A stretch of DNA of 64,000 nucleotides from Deltaproteobacteria bacterium (GTDB taxonomy: Bacteria; JAEEML01): contig JAEEML010000135.1 in the NCBI GenBank assembly GCA_016283195.1, positions 1,857 to 65,856 of the forward strand, in the 5' to 3' direction. The stretch's first letter is position 1; the number at the start of each line of letters is the position of its first letter. Under the pieces are notes generated by a model. It searched no databases. It was not told where the DNA came from and was given only the letters and a program-made list of their open reading frames with translations. This document shows, piece by piece, positions 45,850-54,635 of the stretch. Made by a program: the position numbers and the translations under genes.

Positions 45850-47229
45850 TTAAGAAAGACCATATTCTTTCAGCTTTTCATAGAGCGTCCTAAGGCCGAT
45901 GCCGAGGAGTTCGGCGCTCTCTTTTCGCCGGCCGCCGTTTTGTTCCAAAGCTCTTATAATAGCCTGTTTTTCCAGCTCTTTAAGATTTAGCGGCATATTT
46001 AAAGTGCTGCTGGCGGCGGCTTTTTCTTCTTGCAGCTGATTTTCCCCGCTAATCGGCGGAATACCGAAGGAGAGTTCGCGCGGGGTGATAGTGGCACCGG
46101 TGCCGATAATGCTGGCGCGCTCTAAAACATTGGCCAGTTCGCGGATATTTCCCGGCCAGTCGTAGCTTAAAAGGGCCCTTTGCGCTTCGGTGGAAAGAGT
46201 GGGCAGCGGGCGCTTTAAATTGGCGCTGATTCTCTGCAAAAGGGCATTTGCCAGAGGAATAATATCGTTTGGCCGCTCTCTCAAAGGCGGCACTCTTATG
46301 GGAAAGGTGGCCAGGCGATGGTATAAATCGGCTCTAAAGTTGCCGGCTTTTATCTCTTTAGCCAAATCGCGATTGGTAGCACTGATGATGCGCACATCAA
46401 CGCTGATAGTTTTGTTGCCGCCCACCCGCTCAAACTGGCGCTCTTGTAAAATCCGCAAAAGTTTGGCCTGGAGTGAAGTTTTTATTTCGGTTATTTCATC
46501 TAAAAAAATGGTGCCGCCATCGGCGAGTTCAAAGCGCCCGCGCCGACTTTGCGTGGCCCCGGTAAAAGAGCCGCGCTCATGGCCGAAAAGCTCGCTTTCC
46601 AAAAGTTGCTCGGAAAGAGCAGCACAGTTTACGGCTACAAAAGGAGCGTTTTTTCTGCTACTTAGCTGATGAATGGTGTTGGCCAGGACCTCTTTGCCGG
46701 TGCCGCTTTCGCCAATCAAAAGAACACTGGTATCGGTTCCTGCCACCTTTTCGATATCGCTCATCAGGCTTTTCATAGCAGCAGAGACATAATCCGGGCG
46801 GGCTTCGGCATCTTGTTTTACCGAGGAGACCTCTTCAATATTTTTGAGCTTAAAGCGCTCAAGCGCCCTGGCTACAACAAGGCGCAGTTCTTCCAGGCTT
46901 TCTATCGGTTTGCTTAGATAATCAAAAGCCCCGAGCTTCATGGCCTCTACGGCGCTATCAATAGAACCATAGGCTGTCAGCATAATAAATTCGCTCTCCG
47001 GCGCCTCTTTTTTGCACTCTTTTAAGAGCGAAAGCCCATCCATTTTGGGCATTTTTTGGTCGCTTATGATGAGGTGAAAAGAGTTTTTGCCTATAAGTTC
47101 CAAAGCTTCCTGGCCATCGGCGGCCATGGACACTTTGTAACCCACATTGCACAGCGCTTTGGCGATGAAAGTTCTAATGCCCTCTTCGTCGTCAACAACT
47201 AATATTTGCCACATTTTTTCCTCTCGCAA
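45850..47229 (-). CDS. Sigma-54-dependent response regulator (ZraR/AtoC-like NtrC family)
   Basis: REC domain (ILVVDDEEGIR), Walker A GESGTGKE, GAFTGA (GSFTGATQSR), ESELFGH and a C-terminal Fis-type HTH (ESAELLGIGLRTLYEKLKEYG). Confidence 0.9.
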   Translation of the reverse strand: MREEKMWQILVVDDEEGIRTFIAKALCNVGYKVSMAADGQEALELIGKNSFHLIISDQKMPKMDGLSLLKECKKEAPESEFIMLTAYGSIDSAVEAMKLGAFDYLSKPIESLEELRLVVARALERFKLKNIEEVSSVKQDAEARPDYVSAAMKSLMSDIEKVAGTDTSVLLIGESGTGKEVLANTIHQLSSRKNAPFVAVNCAALSEQLLESELFGHERGSFTGATQSRRGRFELADGGTIFLDEITEIKTSLQAKLLRILQERQFERVGGNKTISVDVRIISATNRDLAKEIKAGNFRADLYHRLATFPIRVPPLRERPNDIIPLANALLQRISANLKRPLPTLSTEAQRALLSYDWPGNIRELANVLERASIIGTGATITPRELSFGIPPISGENQLQEEKAAASSTLNMPLNLKELEKQAIIRALEQNGGRRKESAELLGIGLRTLYEKLKEYGLS

Positions 47230-48526
47230 GCGGTAGAGTCACCGTAAAAACGGCACCGCCTTCCGGGTGATTGGCTGCCGTGATAGTGCCTTTAAAATCT
47301 TTAATAGTGCTTTTAACAATGGCCAGCCCCAGGCCGGTGCCTTTGGTCCTGGTAGTAAAATAGGGCTCAAAAAGTTCGGCAAAATGCTCTTTTAAAATGC
47401 CTGCTCCGTGGTCGCGTATTTCGATTTGCACACCGCCGCCCTTAGGTTTTAGGGCGCACTCCACATCTTTATCCGGGGCAGCTTGAAAGGCATTTAAAAA
47501 AAGATTGATAATGGCTTGGCGCAGTTTGAGCGGGTCACCGAAAATATTATATTTTTCCGCAAAACCGCTGAAATTTACTTTATTCTCGGCAGGAAAACTT
47601 TCCATAGCTTCTAAAATTAGGGAATTAAGCTCAAAAACTACCGGCTCATGAGTATTTGGCCTGGCAAAGTTTAAAATGTGATTAGTTAAATATTCCAGCC
47701 TCTTAGCTTCTTTTATTATTGTGTTTAGGCTTTCAAATTCCGGATGATCTTCCGGAATGCTCTCTTGCAATAATTGGGCATGGCCTTTTAATGAGGCCAG
47801 GGGGTTTCTCAGTTCGTGGCCTAAAACGGCGGTCATTTCCCCCAGTGCCGTGAGCCGCCGGCGGTTGGCTTCATTTTTGGTTCGCCACTCGGTTTGCATG
47901 GAGAGCAGCCAAAAAAGAGCGGTGGCGAGTAGCAAAATTATACTGGCAAAAATGCTCACAAAAAGGCTGCGTTCGGCGCCTTTTACCAGTTTTAGAGCCG
48001 CTGTGGGGACAAATTCAAAGAGTAGTAACCAGCCGTAGGTATCCCGCTCCGCCGAGAGACCGCCGGGAGGAGTCAGCTCCGGCGGCCTTGGCGGATGAAG
48101 TGGAAAGCGGTGGAGCGGCGTTAAGGCCTGCACTACTCTTTCCTGGGCATTTATAAAGAAGGGGCCGCTATTAAATGAATAATCCTCGGGGAGGGGTATA
48201 GTAGCTGTACCGCTTTCCAGTATAAGAGAGCCATGGTGTAAAATAGCCAGATAAGTTATTTCTTCCGGTGAACATTCACTTATAATTTCCGCTAGTTTTT
48301 CCTTGGTTAGTTGGCTTGGATTTCCTATTTTTGAGCGAATTTCCCGGGCCATGGTTTTGCTGCCGGCTTCGGTGAGCGTCTTTTGGACTTCGGAAACGCG
48401 GCTATAATTTTTGTAAGAAAAGAGCACCAGCAAACAGCTCGTTATGAGGGCAATAATGCCAATTACCAGGCGCGAAATATGGTAAAGCGAGCCGGAGCGG
48501 GAATTGTCACTATTCTTACAAAGCAT
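47192..48526 (-). CDS. Sensor histidine kinase with a two-TM periplasmic sensor domain (ZraS/AtoS-like)
   Basis: TM1, a ~150-aa periplasmic region and TM2 (SIFASIILLLATALFWLL), then the HisKA H-box (LGHELRNPLASL) and HATPase_c (DHGAGI...GTGLGLAIV). It overlaps the regulator gene by 38 nt. Confidence 0.85.
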   Translation of the reverse strand: MLCKNSDNSRSGSLYHISRLVIGIIALITSCLLVLFSYKNYSRVSEVQKTLTEAGSKTMAREIRSKIGNPSQLTKEKLAEIISECSPEEITYLAILHHGSLILESGTATIPLPEDYSFNSGPFFINAQERVVQALTPLHRFPLHPPRPPELTPPGGLSAERDTYGWLLLFEFVPTAALKLVKGAERSLFVSIFASIILLLATALFWLLSMQTEWRTKNEANRRRLTALGEMTAVLGHELRNPLASLKGHAQLLQESIPEDHPEFESLNTIIKEAKRLEYLTNHILNFARPNTHEPVVFELNSLILEAMESFPAENKVNFSGFAEKYNIFGDPLKLRQAIINLFLNAFQAAPDKDVECALKPKGGGVQIEIRDHGAGILKEHFAELFEPYFTTRTKGTGLGLAIVKSTIKDFKGTITAANHPEGGAVFTVTLPLARGKNVANISC

Positions 48527-48531
48527 AATAA

Positions 48532-49146
48532 TTATCTGTGGCCTTTGTGACCTCTAGGATCCTTGTGGCCTTTGCCGCAATCGCAGTGGCCGTTTTTATG
48601 GCATTTGCAATCTTTGCCGCAATCGCACTTGCCAGCTTCCGGTTTTTTTGCCAGTTCTTCGGCCAGTTTCCTTTTTTGCCCGTCGTTTAAGGTGTTTACT
48701 ATGTCTATATCCATATCGAGGCGCAAGCGGCGCTCCTCTTTTAAAATGTTATCCAGTTGGTCTTGATTAACATGGATGGCGGCTTTATCGAGCGGCAAAG
48801 TGCTTTCAAGGGCCATTAAGGTGCTTTGAATTTTTTCCTTTTCATCTTGGCGCTCTTCTATCTTTTTTTTGAAATCTTCTTTGATTTTTTTGATCTTATC
48901 TTCTTGTACCGGGGTGAGTTTTAACTCTTTCACCAAGTGGGCAATGCGGCTTTTGGGGGCTCTATGGCCATCCATGTGGCAGCCGCCGTGATGGGGACCA
49001 TGATGGTCGCCCATTTGGCAGGGGCAGCCGGCGCCATGGTGGGGTGGCTGGCCGTGCGGGCCGTCATTGTGCCCGGGACGAGCAAAAGCGCCGAGCGGCA
49101 GAGTTAAGATGACTAAAGCAGCTAAGATAGTAGCAAAACGTTTCAT
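48532..49146 (-). CDS. zraP: Periplasmic ZraP/Spy/CpxP-family (LTxxQ) protein with His-rich N-terminal and Cys/His-rich C-terminal metal-binding extensions
   Basis: Signal peptide. The His-rich segment is GHNDGPHGQPPHHGAGCPCQMGDHHGPHHGGCHMDGH, followed by an LTPVQEDKIKKI (LTxxQ) helical core. The C-terminal segment is CDCGKDCKCHKNGHCDCGKGHKDPRGHKGH. It lies directly upstream of the ZraS/ZraR-like pair. Confidence 0.7.
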   Translation of the reverse strand: MKRFATILAALVILTLPLGAFARPGHNDGPHGQPPHHGAGCPCQMGDHHGPHHGGCHMDGHRAPKSRIAHLVKELKLTPVQEDKIKKIKEDFKKKIEERQDEKEKIQSTLMALESTLPLDKAAIHVNQDQLDNILKEERRLRLDMDIDIVNTLNDGQKRKLAEELAKKPEAGKCDCGKDCKCHKNGHCDCGKGHKDPRGHKGHR

Positions 49147-49195
49147 GATATCCTCCTTATTTATCCCTCACAACGAGGGCGAATGCTCTACTAAT

Positions 49196-49212
49196 AAGCA
49201 AAAAGTATGCCA
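49196..49212 (-). promoter_or_regulatory. Sigma-54 (-24/-12) promoter for the zraP-like gene
   Basis: The minus strand reads TGGCAT-ACTTT-TTGCT, matching TGGCAC-N5-TTGCW at all key positions (GG at -24, GC at -12). It lies ~50 nt upstream of the zraP ATG, which has an AAGGAGGA RBS. Confidence 0.55.
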
Positions 49213-49285
49213 AGAGAGTATTATAGCATAATATGTTGAAATCATTGCAAATTATATTTTAAGAGAATTATGCGGAAATGGGGAA

Positions 49286-49300
49286 GTGCAATTTCTGCAC
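49286..49300. promoter_or_regulatory. Candidate enhancer (UAS) inverted repeat, GTGCA-N5-TGCAC, upstream of the zraP sigma-54 promoter
   Basis: Perfect 5-bp inverted repeat with a 5-nt spacer, ~85 bp upstream of the -24 element. A second AT-rich inverted repeat, TATTAT-AGC-ATAATA, lies at 49219-49233. Confidence 0.3.
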
Positions 49301-49316
49301 TGATAAAAGGCAACTA

Positions 49317-49721
49317 TTACCACTCACAACCAAAAGCGCTCATGGCCTCTTTGGCAGCGGCAAGAGCTTGCTGGCAAGCGGGAGCCATAGCGGCTTTAGC
49401 TTCAGGAGAAGTAGCGGCGGTACGCCAACCGTCGGCCATTTGTTTCAGAGCATCACGGGCACCGGCTTGCGCTTCAGCGGGCATTTTGTTTATGCAGGCA
49501 GAATATTTGGTGATGTATTCATCACATTCGGCAATACCGACGGCATCGGCAGCGGCGGCTTTTTGCTCGGCAGCGGGAGCTTCGGCCGGAGCGGCGGCAG
49601 GAGCTTCGGCAGCAGCGGCAGCCGGTTTGGCAGCCTCTACGGCCGCCGGTTTATCCTTATTGCAAGCCGGAATAAAAGAAGCGATAGCCAAGAGAGCGAT
49701 TAACAAAGTACCTTTTTTCAT
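49317..49721 (-). CDS. Small lipoprotein with an Ala/Pro-rich linker and a Cys-containing C-terminal domain
   Basis: Lipobox (LLAIASFIPAC), then an AAPAEAPAA low-complexity linker and a C-terminal ~70 aa with 4 Cys (CDEYITKYSACINK...CQQAL...GCEW). Confidence 0.55.
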   Translation of the reverse strand: MKKGTLLIALLAIASFIPACNKDKPAAVEAAKPAAAAAEAPAAAPAEAPAAEQKAAAADAVGIAECDEYITKYSACINKMPAEAQAGARDALKQMADGWRTAATSPEAKAAMAPACQQALAAAKEAMSAFGCEW

Positions 49722-49809
49722 TTTTTTCTCCTTAATCTGCCTGTTTGTAAGGCAACTTGCGCTACTCTAAATAAGTGTAACAAAAAGTACAAGTCTTTTT
49801 TGCAATACT

Positions 49810-51840
49810 TTAGGGAATGATTTTATCGCCGGCCAGAATTTCCTCGTTGGCCCGATAAAAATCCAAAATATAGCGCATGGTGCGCATATCTTTGGGGCTT
49901 AGGTCCTCTTTTTTGAGATTCTCTTCCAATAAAGGATCTTCATTTCCAAGGGAATAACAGATACTTGGCTTATCTATTTTATGATAACACAGGCGGTTAC
50001 CTATTCTAAATTGCATCTTTTCCCCATGGAAGGAGTAAATCCAAGGCGAGCCAGGGCGAGCAAAAAGTCCGCGGCCCAGCCAGCCGACCTCCCCCGTGGC
50101 ATTAACAATATGGGCTATTGTCGGCGCTACGTCTATTTGATGCACTGGCCATTTTATCTCACCAGGTTTATTCATGTTTTTGCTAACAAGAGCCAAGGCG
50201 ATACGGTACAGGCGCTCTTGCCGCAAGCTGGTAACACTCGATAAGCCGTCTCTATAAGTGTGATCCCCCAGCATAACCACCAGAGTATTATCACCGATTT
50301 CCGAGGCAAAGAGCTTAGCGAAAAAATTGGCCAAAGCGTCATCTTCATAGCGCCAAGTTTGTAGAGCTTTGTCATATTCTACATTGGTTTTTACAAATTT
50401 TTGCTTAAAATCTTCCGGCAAATCATAGCCATCGACTGTGGCATAGGGGTGATGGGTGGAGATGGTGGCAATGTTCGCAAAAAGCGGCTTATTTTGCTCT
50501 TTGGCCAATTTTTCCAATAAGTTCACATTACCGGCTAAAAATTCATAATCGGCGAGCCCCCAGCCGCCTGCCAGTTTTCCTACTCCCAGTTTGGCAAAAT
50601 AGGCTTTGTCGTAGGTGGCTATGGTGCCGTGTTTTTTTTCAAAAGTGGACATCCCGTGGAATTTGCCGTTTATGCCAGTTGTCCAAATGGTGTGGTAACC
50701 GTTATTTTTAAGTACTTCCTGTAAACAGCGCACTTTCACTTTGGGATAAGCCATATAAGTGGCCTGGCCATTGTTGTTGGGCATTAGAGAACAGAGAGTG
50801 GAAAACTGGCCGCGATCGGTTTGGCCGGAAACGCGGGAGCTGCTATAGGTGGTGGTAAATAAAAGGCCATGTTTTTTTAAGGTTTTTGTCAGGTTTGGAA
50901 AAATAAGCGGCGCAAATTCCGGGTGCAGTAATTCATAAGCTCTGAAGGATTCCACAAAGAGCAATATTATATTTGGTTTTTGCTCGCCCTTAAGGCCGAG
51001 ATTCTGGCGCATCTGGTGGCTAAAATCTTCAGCATTGGCCAAGTTCACAAGGAGCGGATATTCGTTTATGTTTGGGCTTGTTAGCGCACTTTGATTTATA
51101 GGCTCCGGCGGCCAATCGCTGGCACTGTCCCGCCAGGCGGCCTCCTCTTCGGCAGTTACTAAATTTTTATAGGTAGCCACTTGCATGGCGGGCGAAAGGT
51201 TAGAGCTGCTGAGCTCATTTTCCTGGGGGGCGCTTATTTGGTTAAACCAAACCTGGACAATTTGGGTGGAAATTAATTCATCATCCTGGCGCCCGGAAAT
51301 AATAAGCCAGCTTATAAGCGTAAAAGTAAGGCTAAAACCGGCTATTAAGAAAGCCGCTATTCTGCCGGGCTTTAGCCCACTAGCAAAGCGGCGGGAAATA
51401 ATGGTTACAGCGATGGCGCCAGCCATTAGCACCAGGGCCCAGATGGTTCTGGCGTTGCCTGAAAGAGCAACTATATTATCCAAAATATCCGGTACATCGG
51501 CGATATGATCTTTAACCAGGGCAAAGTCCAGGCGATTGCCGAAGAATTTAAAATAGAGCAAATTGGAAAAAGTGGCCAAAAAGGTAAAGCCGATTAGGGG
51601 CAGGGCAGTTAGGCGGAAGGAAATTTTAAATATAGCGTAAAGCAAAAAAGCTATGGCAAAGCAGAAAGATATAATGGCTGCGTCACCAAGGAGGCCGATA
51701 TATATCTGTTTTTGAATTGCCTCATTTATATAAGGCAAATTGTGCTCGCTAACCAGTTGATAGCGCAAAAGCAGGAAAGAAACATAAAAGGAAATGGCCG
51801 CCAAAATAAGGCTAATATAGTAGAGAGCGCGTTTAAACAT
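49810..51840 (-). CDS. LTA-synthase/sulfatase-family membrane protein (MdoB/LtaS-like phosphoglycerol or phosphoethanolamine transferase)
   Basis: Start at the internal ATG 51840 (AGAGGA RBS). Five N-terminal TM helices and a periplasmic alkaline-phosphatase-superfamily domain (ILLFVESFRAYE, HHPYATVDGYDLPED, MLGDHTYRDG). Confidence 0.8.
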   Translation of the reverse strand: MFKRALYYISLILAAISFYVSFLLLRYQLVSEHNLPYINEAIQKQIYIGLLGDAAIISFCFAIAFLLYAIFKISFRLTALPLIGFTFLATFSNLLYFKFFGNRLDFALVKDHIADVPDILDNIVALSGNARTIWALVLMAGAIAVTIISRRFASGLKPGRIAAFLIAGFSLTFTLISWLIISGRQDDELISTQIVQVWFNQISAPQENELSSSNLSPAMQVATYKNLVTAEEEAAWRDSASDWPPEPINQSALTSPNINEYPLLVNLANAEDFSHQMRQNLGLKGEQKPNIILLFVESFRAYELLHPEFAPLIFPNLTKTLKKHGLLFTTTYSSSRVSGQTDRGQFSTLCSLMPNNNGQATYMAYPKVKVRCLQEVLKNNGYHTIWTTGINGKFHGMSTFEKKHGTIATYDKAYFAKLGVGKLAGGWGLADYEFLAGNVNLLEKLAKEQNKPLFANIATISTHHPYATVDGYDLPEDFKQKFVKTNVEYDKALQTWRYEDDALANFFAKLFASEIGDNTLVVMLGDHTYRDGLSSVTSLRQERLYRIALALVSKNMNKPGEIKWPVHQIDVAPTIAHIVNATGEVGWLGRGLFARPGSPWIYSFHGEKMQFRIGNRLCYHKIDKPSICYSLGNEDPLLEENLKKEDLSPKDMRTMRYILDFYRANEEILAGDKIIP

Positions 51841-53359
51841 GATAATCCTCTTGCGAGGTAAGTAGGCGCAAAAGTTCGTTTTGCAAAGCAGAAAGCCCCT
51901 GGCCGCCGGCGGCACTGATGGCCGTAACGCCGCTGCTCCTAACGGCCAGATATTCGGCCGGGGGTAAAAGATCCACTTTATTGTAAACGGTTATGAGCGG
52001 AATATCGCCATAGCCGAGGTCGCGGAGGGTCTCTAAAACGGTGTGGCTTTTTAAAAGCCACTCGTTATCGGCTCGGTCGATTAAATGAATAATTAAAGAG
52101 GCATCGCCGATTTCTTCCAAGGTGGCCTTAAAAGCCCGCTCCAGATCTTCCGGCAATTCGCGAATAAAGCCAACAGTATCGGTATAAATCACCGGCTTAT
52201 TATCTGGCAGAGCGGCGCGGCGACAGGCCGGCTCCAAGGTGACAAAAAGCTGATTTTCGGCCAGTACCTTAGCGCCGGTTAGTGTATTTAAAAGAGTGGA
52301 TTTGCCGGCATTGGTGTAACCGACTATGGCAATAATCGGCACGCCGGCCCGCTTTCTGGCTTTGCGCCTTAAAGTGCGGCGGCGGGAAATTTCTGCGAGC
52401 TCACCGGTGAGGCGGGTAAGGCGCTCCCTTAGGCGGCGGCGCGCTATTTCCAGCTTGGTCTCCCCGGGGCCGCGCAGGTTGGCTCCGCCGGAGAGGCGGC
52501 TTAAGGCATCGTCTTTCATGGATAGGCGGGGCAAAAGATACTTTAATTCCGCCAGTTCCACCTGTAATTTCCCCTCTTTTGACGCAGCTCTTTTGGCAAA
52601 AATGGTCAAAATAAGCTGCGTTCTGTCCAAAATTTTGAGCTCTGTCGAAGCGCCGATGGCCCGGCATTGCGAGGGGGTTAAGCTGTGGTCAAAAATAAGA
52701 TATTCGGCCCCGCGCGAGAGGGCCAGGAGCACAGTTTCTTCCAATTTACCCCGGCCCATGAGGTAACGGGGATCGGGTTTGTCGCGCAGCTGAATAACTT
52801 TGCCGACCACCGGCATACCGGCGGTAGCGGCCAGCTCTTCCAGCTCCTTTAGTGAACTCTCAGCCGGAGATCGGCCGTGGGTGCCGACATGAATTAAGAT
52901 GGCAGCCGGCCCGCTGATGGCCTGCGCCGCCGCCTGCCACTTGCTGCGCCTGGCCTCGAGCTCCTGAATAAAAGATAAAAAATCCAAATCCAGTTTATTA
53001 AGATGTAAGAGCTTTTCCGTTTGGTAACCGTCGGCGCTCTCCGGATCTAAATAGGCATAATAAAAAAAGGAGAGCGCCGCCGCCGGAGTCACGGCTATTA
53101 TGGCTACCATATCGAGGCGCAAAAGTTGCAAATCGCTTAAATCATCGCTTGAGAGGCCGGCAATATTATTGGGCAGCTGCGTGCGCACCAGGCGCAGGCC
53201 TCTAAGGCGCCTTTGCCCGCTGCGGACCCGCCCCAAATCCGGGAGGTAGAGGCGCTGACTCTCACCTACCACCACCTTTTCTACCTGGCCGCGGCGGTCG
53301 ATAATGAGGCCAATTTGCCGCCCCAGATCGAGGCTTATTTTGGCCATGCTCTGGGCCAT
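51833..53359 (-). CDS. hflX: GTPase HflX with a ~150-aa N-terminal extension
   Basis: G1 GYTNAGKSTLLN, G3 DTVGF and the HflX N-domain (PAAILIHVGTHGRS...) are present. The stop overlaps the sulfatase start by 8 nt. Confidence 0.85.
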   Translation of the reverse strand: MAQSMAKISLDLGRQIGLIIDRRGQVEKVVVGESQRLYLPDLGRVRSGQRRLRGLRLVRTQLPNNIAGLSSDDLSDLQLLRLDMVAIIAVTPAAALSFFYYAYLDPESADGYQTEKLLHLNKLDLDFLSFIQELEARRSKWQAAAQAISGPAAILIHVGTHGRSPAESSLKELEELAATAGMPVVGKVIQLRDKPDPRYLMGRGKLEETVLLALSRGAEYLIFDHSLTPSQCRAIGASTELKILDRTQLILTIFAKRAASKEGKLQVELAELKYLLPRLSMKDDALSRLSGGANLRGPGETKLEIARRRLRERLTRLTGELAEISRRRTLRRKARKRAGVPIIAIVGYTNAGKSTLLNTLTGAKVLAENQLFVTLEPACRRAALPDNKPVIYTDTVGFIRELPEDLERAFKATLEEIGDASLIIHLIDRADNEWLLKSHTVLETLRDLGYGDIPLITVYNKVDLLPPAEYLAVRSSGVTAISAAGGQGLSALQNELLRLLTSQEDYHV

Positions 53360-53516
53360 TTCCGTGCTTATTACCTGCGAGGGTAAAAGGCGGCGGCGGG
53401 CCAGGCGTTCCAGAGCAGAAACTTGTTCGCTGTTTAGGGCATCTACTTCGCCGCAAATACTTGAAATAATTTTAAACCTCTAATTTTTTTGCCCAAAGGC
53501 AGAAAGGGAAAAGCCA

Positions 53517-54635
53517 TTAAAAAGGAGAACTGCCGAAGAGGTCATCGGCGGCGCTATTGGACTCTTTCAAAGTGCCGCGCTTGCCGGAAGAATAATCATC
53601 CATCATCTTTTCCATGCTCTCCATAGAAGTATCCATGCCTTCGGCAGCCATTTCTTCAAATTGTTTTTTAATGCCGGCGATCATCGCGGCGTCGGATTTA
53701 ATGGTTTTGCTGTCAAGAGTAGCAAAATCCGGTTCGTCCACCAGGCGGGCAAAATGCTCAAAAATGGCCATGCGGCTGCGCGACTCGCCGAATTTGGCGG
53801 CGAGAGCACGCTCGACTTCATAAAGCTCTTTGTTGATTTTGCTAAGCTCTTTGCGCACTTCCGGCGAGCCGTTTTTCAGCTTTTTCTCCAGTTTGCTTCT
53901 TTGAGCTTCAAGTTTCTTTTTGGTTTTGTTGAGCTTTTCCACCTGCGATTTGTCTTTTAAAATATTATCTTTTACCCGGCCGGCAATGGCATTGCCCTCG
54001 CGCTGCATCCTGATTTTTCTTTCCGCTTGCCATTTAAAGTCGGCCATTTCATCGCTAAAAGCCTGGACAGCACTCATGCCGCTATCGTCAACATCAACCT
54101 GCTCGCCGGCTTTTAGATCGGCCGCTTTATCTTTTTGGTTATCAACACGCACAAGGCCGTTTTTCACTTTTACGCGCACCGAGCCGTCAATGCTGACAGT
54201 AGTGGCAAACTCTGTGCCGCGCACGCCGGCAACGCCGTTGGGAGTAGCCACAGCATAGCTCTCTTCACCGGTGAAGCTCTTGGTGACTTTTGACCAAATG
54301 GTGCCAAAGAAAAGAATAATGGAGTTTTTCTTTACCTTTTTTTGGCTGTAAGGAGAGATCATCATTTCGCTATCGGCTTTGATATCAATGATGGTGCCGT
54401 CTTCCAAACGAATGGAAGCCGAGCTGTCTTTTCCGGTCTTTATAGTGGCGCCTTCGGGCAGCTTTTGATTCAAATCTGCGGCTTTAGCGCTCTCACTATT
54501 AGGCTCTATTACGGTTACGGTGCCGTTCATTTGGATCAGCATAGCCGAATCTGCGGCTTTGGCCAAGGGAAGAGCAAAAAGCAAGGCAGTCAGTGTGGTT
54601 ATCAAAAAATGTCTCATGGGAACCTCCGTGCTCAA
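53517..54635 (-). CDS. Secreted FecR-domain protein with a C-terminal coiled-coil region
   Basis: Signal peptide. The FecR-like beta-rich region is GTVTVIEPNSESAKAADLNQKLPEGATIKTGKDSSASIRLEDGTIIDIKADSEM. The C-terminal half is K/E-rich and predicted coiled coil. Confidence 0.55.
   Translation of the reverse strand: MSTEVPMRHFLITTLTALLFALPLAKAADSAMLIQMNGTVTVIEPNSESAKAADLNQKLPEGATIKTGKDSSASIRLEDGTIIDIKADSEMMISPYSQKKVKKNSIILFFGTIWSKVTKSFTGEESYAVATPNGVAGVRGTEFATTVSIDGSVRVKVKNGLVRVDNQKDKAADLKAGEQVDVDDSGMSAVQAFSDEMADFKWQAERKIRMQREGNAIAGRVKDNILKDKSQVEKLNKTKKKLEAQRSKLEKKLKNGSPEVRKELSKINKELYEVERALAAKFGESRSRMAIFEHFARLVDEPDFATLDSKTIKSDAAMIAGIKKQFEEMAAEGMDTSMESMEKMMDDYSSGKRGTLKESNSAADDLFGSSPF

Noticed and set aside
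49270-49770. Two overlapping plus-strand ORFs (166 and 141 aa) opposite the small lipoprotein gene
   Set aside because: They are produced by the GC-rich Ala/Pro-coding repeat of the minus-strand lipoprotein gene. Their translations are poly-Ala/Gly/Ser low complexity. The minus-strand gene has a lipobox, an RBS and a coherent domain layout.
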